A stretch of 64,000 nt of DNA from an uncultured delta proteobacterium (GTDB taxonomy: Bacteria > Desulfobacterota > Binatia > UBA9968). Location: contig CAVUVW010000021.1 in the NCBI GenBank assembly GCA_963745035.1, positions 288,001-352,000 on the forward strand. The letters run 5' to 3'. The position numbers and the translations under genes are program-made. Positions 62,455 to 64,000 of this stretch are shown here, in pieces. Under the pieces are notes generated by a model. It had not been told where the DNA came from, searched no databases, and saw only the letters and a program-made list of their open reading frames with translations. Within the stretch, counting starts at the first letter, position 1; each line of letters starts with the position of its first letter.

Positions 62455-63537
62455 TTACTGAACCGGGCTCGGCACCGGAATGTTGTAAAGCCGCGCGACG
62501 TTTTCGCGTACGAGCTTGGCGCGCACTGGCGCCGGAAGATCACCCAGGTCGCGAGCGATCACTTGACGCGAGCTTGGCCAGGTCGTGTTGCCGTGCGGGA
62601 AGTCGTTGGACCACATGCAGTTGTCTTGGCCCCACCAAGTTAAGATGTGGCCGCCGACTGCGTCGTTGAAAAAAGTCGTGTAGATCTGGCCGTGAAAATA
62701 CTCGCTGGGTTGTTTTTTGATCTTGAGGCCCTCGCGCTTGGTGCCATGACGTTTGAAGTAGTAGTCCCACTGCTCCAGCACGAACGGAATCCAGCCGAGC
62801 TCGTTTTCGACCAAGACAATCTTTAGTTTTGGAAAGCGCTCCAATACGCCGGAGTAGATCAGATCGTAGAGACTATCGACCGACTGGAATAGCTTCATAT
62901 TGACGTTATTGTGCTCCCGGGTCATGCCGGTCGGGGTATCGCCTTGCCCGAACGAACGGCTTCGGCTGTAGCCGTGGCCGCTCAGGATGTGCAGGTTGAC
63001 CGGCATGTCGAGATCCTGAGATGCCGCCCAGAATTTATCGTAATGTGGTGACGAAAACGGCAGCTCTGCCGGCGGCACCTGCCAGATCACCGAACCGCGC
63101 ATGCCGGCTTTGCGGCAGCGCTCCAGTTCCTTCACGGCGCCGTCGATGTCGTACATCGACAGCATGGCGATGCCGATCATCCGGTCGGGCGCGGCACTGC
63201 AATAGTCGATCAGCCAGTCGTTATACACCCGGCAGCAGGCCGCTTCCATTTCGCGGTCGTCGAGGCTCAAACATTTCAAGCCGTGGGTCGGGTAAAGAAC
63301 TTCCCCGCTGACGCCGTCGGCCGCCATCTCGGAAACACGCTTGTTTTTTTCCTGCGCGCCGCCGGGAACATCATTCGGTCTTTGACCCCCAAAATCCGGG
63401 GCGCGGTCTTTAAACGCTTGCGGCATGTTGTTTTTCCAGAGCCCCGCCGGTTCGATGACGTGAGAGTCCGAAGAAATCAGAACTTCGTTAACGACGGCAT
63501 CGGTGTCTTTGCCGTAGGTTCGTTCAATAATGCCCAT
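62455..63537 (-). CDS. Amidohydrolase_2 family protein
   Basis: ISSDSHVIEP, YNDWL, PVNLH, ERFPKLK, WSNDFPH; GAGGAG RBS. Confidence 0.92.
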   Translation of the reverse strand: MGIIERTYGKDTDAVVNEVLISSDSHVIEPAGLWKNNMPQAFKDRAPDFGGQRPNDVPGGAQEKNKRVSEMAADGVSGEVLYPTHGLKCLSLDDREMEAACCRVYNDWLIDYCSAAPDRMIGIAMLSMYDIDGAVKELERCRKAGMRGSVIWQVPPAELPFSSPHYDKFWAASQDLDMPVNLHILSGHGYSRSRSFGQGDTPTGMTREHNNVNMKLFQSVDSLYDLIYSGVLERFPKLKIVLVENELGWIPFVLEQWDYYFKRHGTKREGLKIKKQPSEYFHGQIYTTFFNDAVGGHILTWWGQDNCMWSNDFPHGNTTWPSSRQVIARDLGDLPAPVRAKLVRENVARLYNIPVPSPVQ

Positions 63538-63561
63538 TGAGGGCTCCTCCCCTATCGCCAA

Positions 63562-64000
63562 CTATTGAATCGGACTCGGTATCGGGATGTTGTAAACCCG
63601 TGCAACGTTTTCCCGTACCAGTTTGGCGCGCGATGCAACAGGGAGGTCGCCGAGGTCGCGGGACACGACCTGACGAGACTGGGGCCAGGTCGTGTTGCCG
63701 TGCGGGAAGTCGTTGGACCACATGCAGTTGTCGATGCCCCACCAAGACAGGATGTGACCGCCGACGGCGTCGTTGAAGAAAGTCGTATAAATCTGATTGT
63801 GGAAGTATTCGCTCGGCAGCTTTTTGATCAGTAAACCCTCGCGCTTGGCGCCACCAAAACGTTTGAAGTAGTAGTCCCACTGCTCCAGCACGAACGGAAT
63901 CCAGCCAAGTTCATTCTCGACCAAGACAATCTTCAGCTTTGGAAAGCGTTCCAACACGCCGGAATAGATCAGATCGTAGAGGCTATCGACCGACTGAAAT
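63562..64000 (-). CDS. Amidohydrolase_2 paralogue, 5' part beyond window
   Basis: C-terminal 131+ aa nearly identical to the neighbouring gene. Confidence 0.9.
   Translation of the reverse strand, partial: FQSVDSLYDLIYSGVLERFPKLKIVLVENELGWIPFVLEQWDYYFKRFGGAKREGLLIKKLPSEYFHNQIYTTFFNDAVGGHILSWWGIDNCMWSNDFPHGNTTWPQSRQVVSRDLGDLPVASRAKLVRENVARVYNIPIPSPIQ

Overview
GC-rich bacterial chromosomal window. The gene repertoire (many amidohydrolases, orphan TctC/NMT1 binding proteins, LLM, UbiD, GGT) suggests a Binatia/deltaproteobacterial-like organism; this is inference only. In order it contains: a 5'-truncated EF-G paralogue; a catabolic cluster (two amidohydrolases, GGT, LLM, PCD, TctC); an AAC(6')-like GNAT; a complete System I ccmABCDEFG-ccmH/I operon; a long housekeeping run (icd-mdh-sucCD-ndk-rlmN-mtnP-pfkB-GT2-ugd-uxs-epimerase-lepA-lepB, two small unknown membrane proteins, lhr); an orphan Mo-hydroxylase large subunit; dgkA with an InaA-like kinase and a methyltransferase; UbiD with a Cys-less racemase-fold protein; a sulfatase; a Nudix hydrolase; a RavA/ViaA-like pair; an SBP, two CrtI/PYROXD2-like flavoproteins and an SDR; a Cache protein; cobalt nitrile hydratase; IS630 and PIN remnants; an AT-richer HAD gene; and tandem amidohydrolases. 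About a dozen genes carry single-base frameshifts, most likely long-read errors. I saw no rRNA, tRNA or CRISPR array. The least explained signal is a set of short periodic or palindromic intergenic repeat families (9-mer CGTTCAAGC, 8-mer GGAGTRNT, a 7-mer A-rich family and several REP-like hairpins) that overlap stop codons and ribosome-binding sites, and in one case lie in frame in the ccmH ORF. All calls come from motif recognition by eye, with no database searches.
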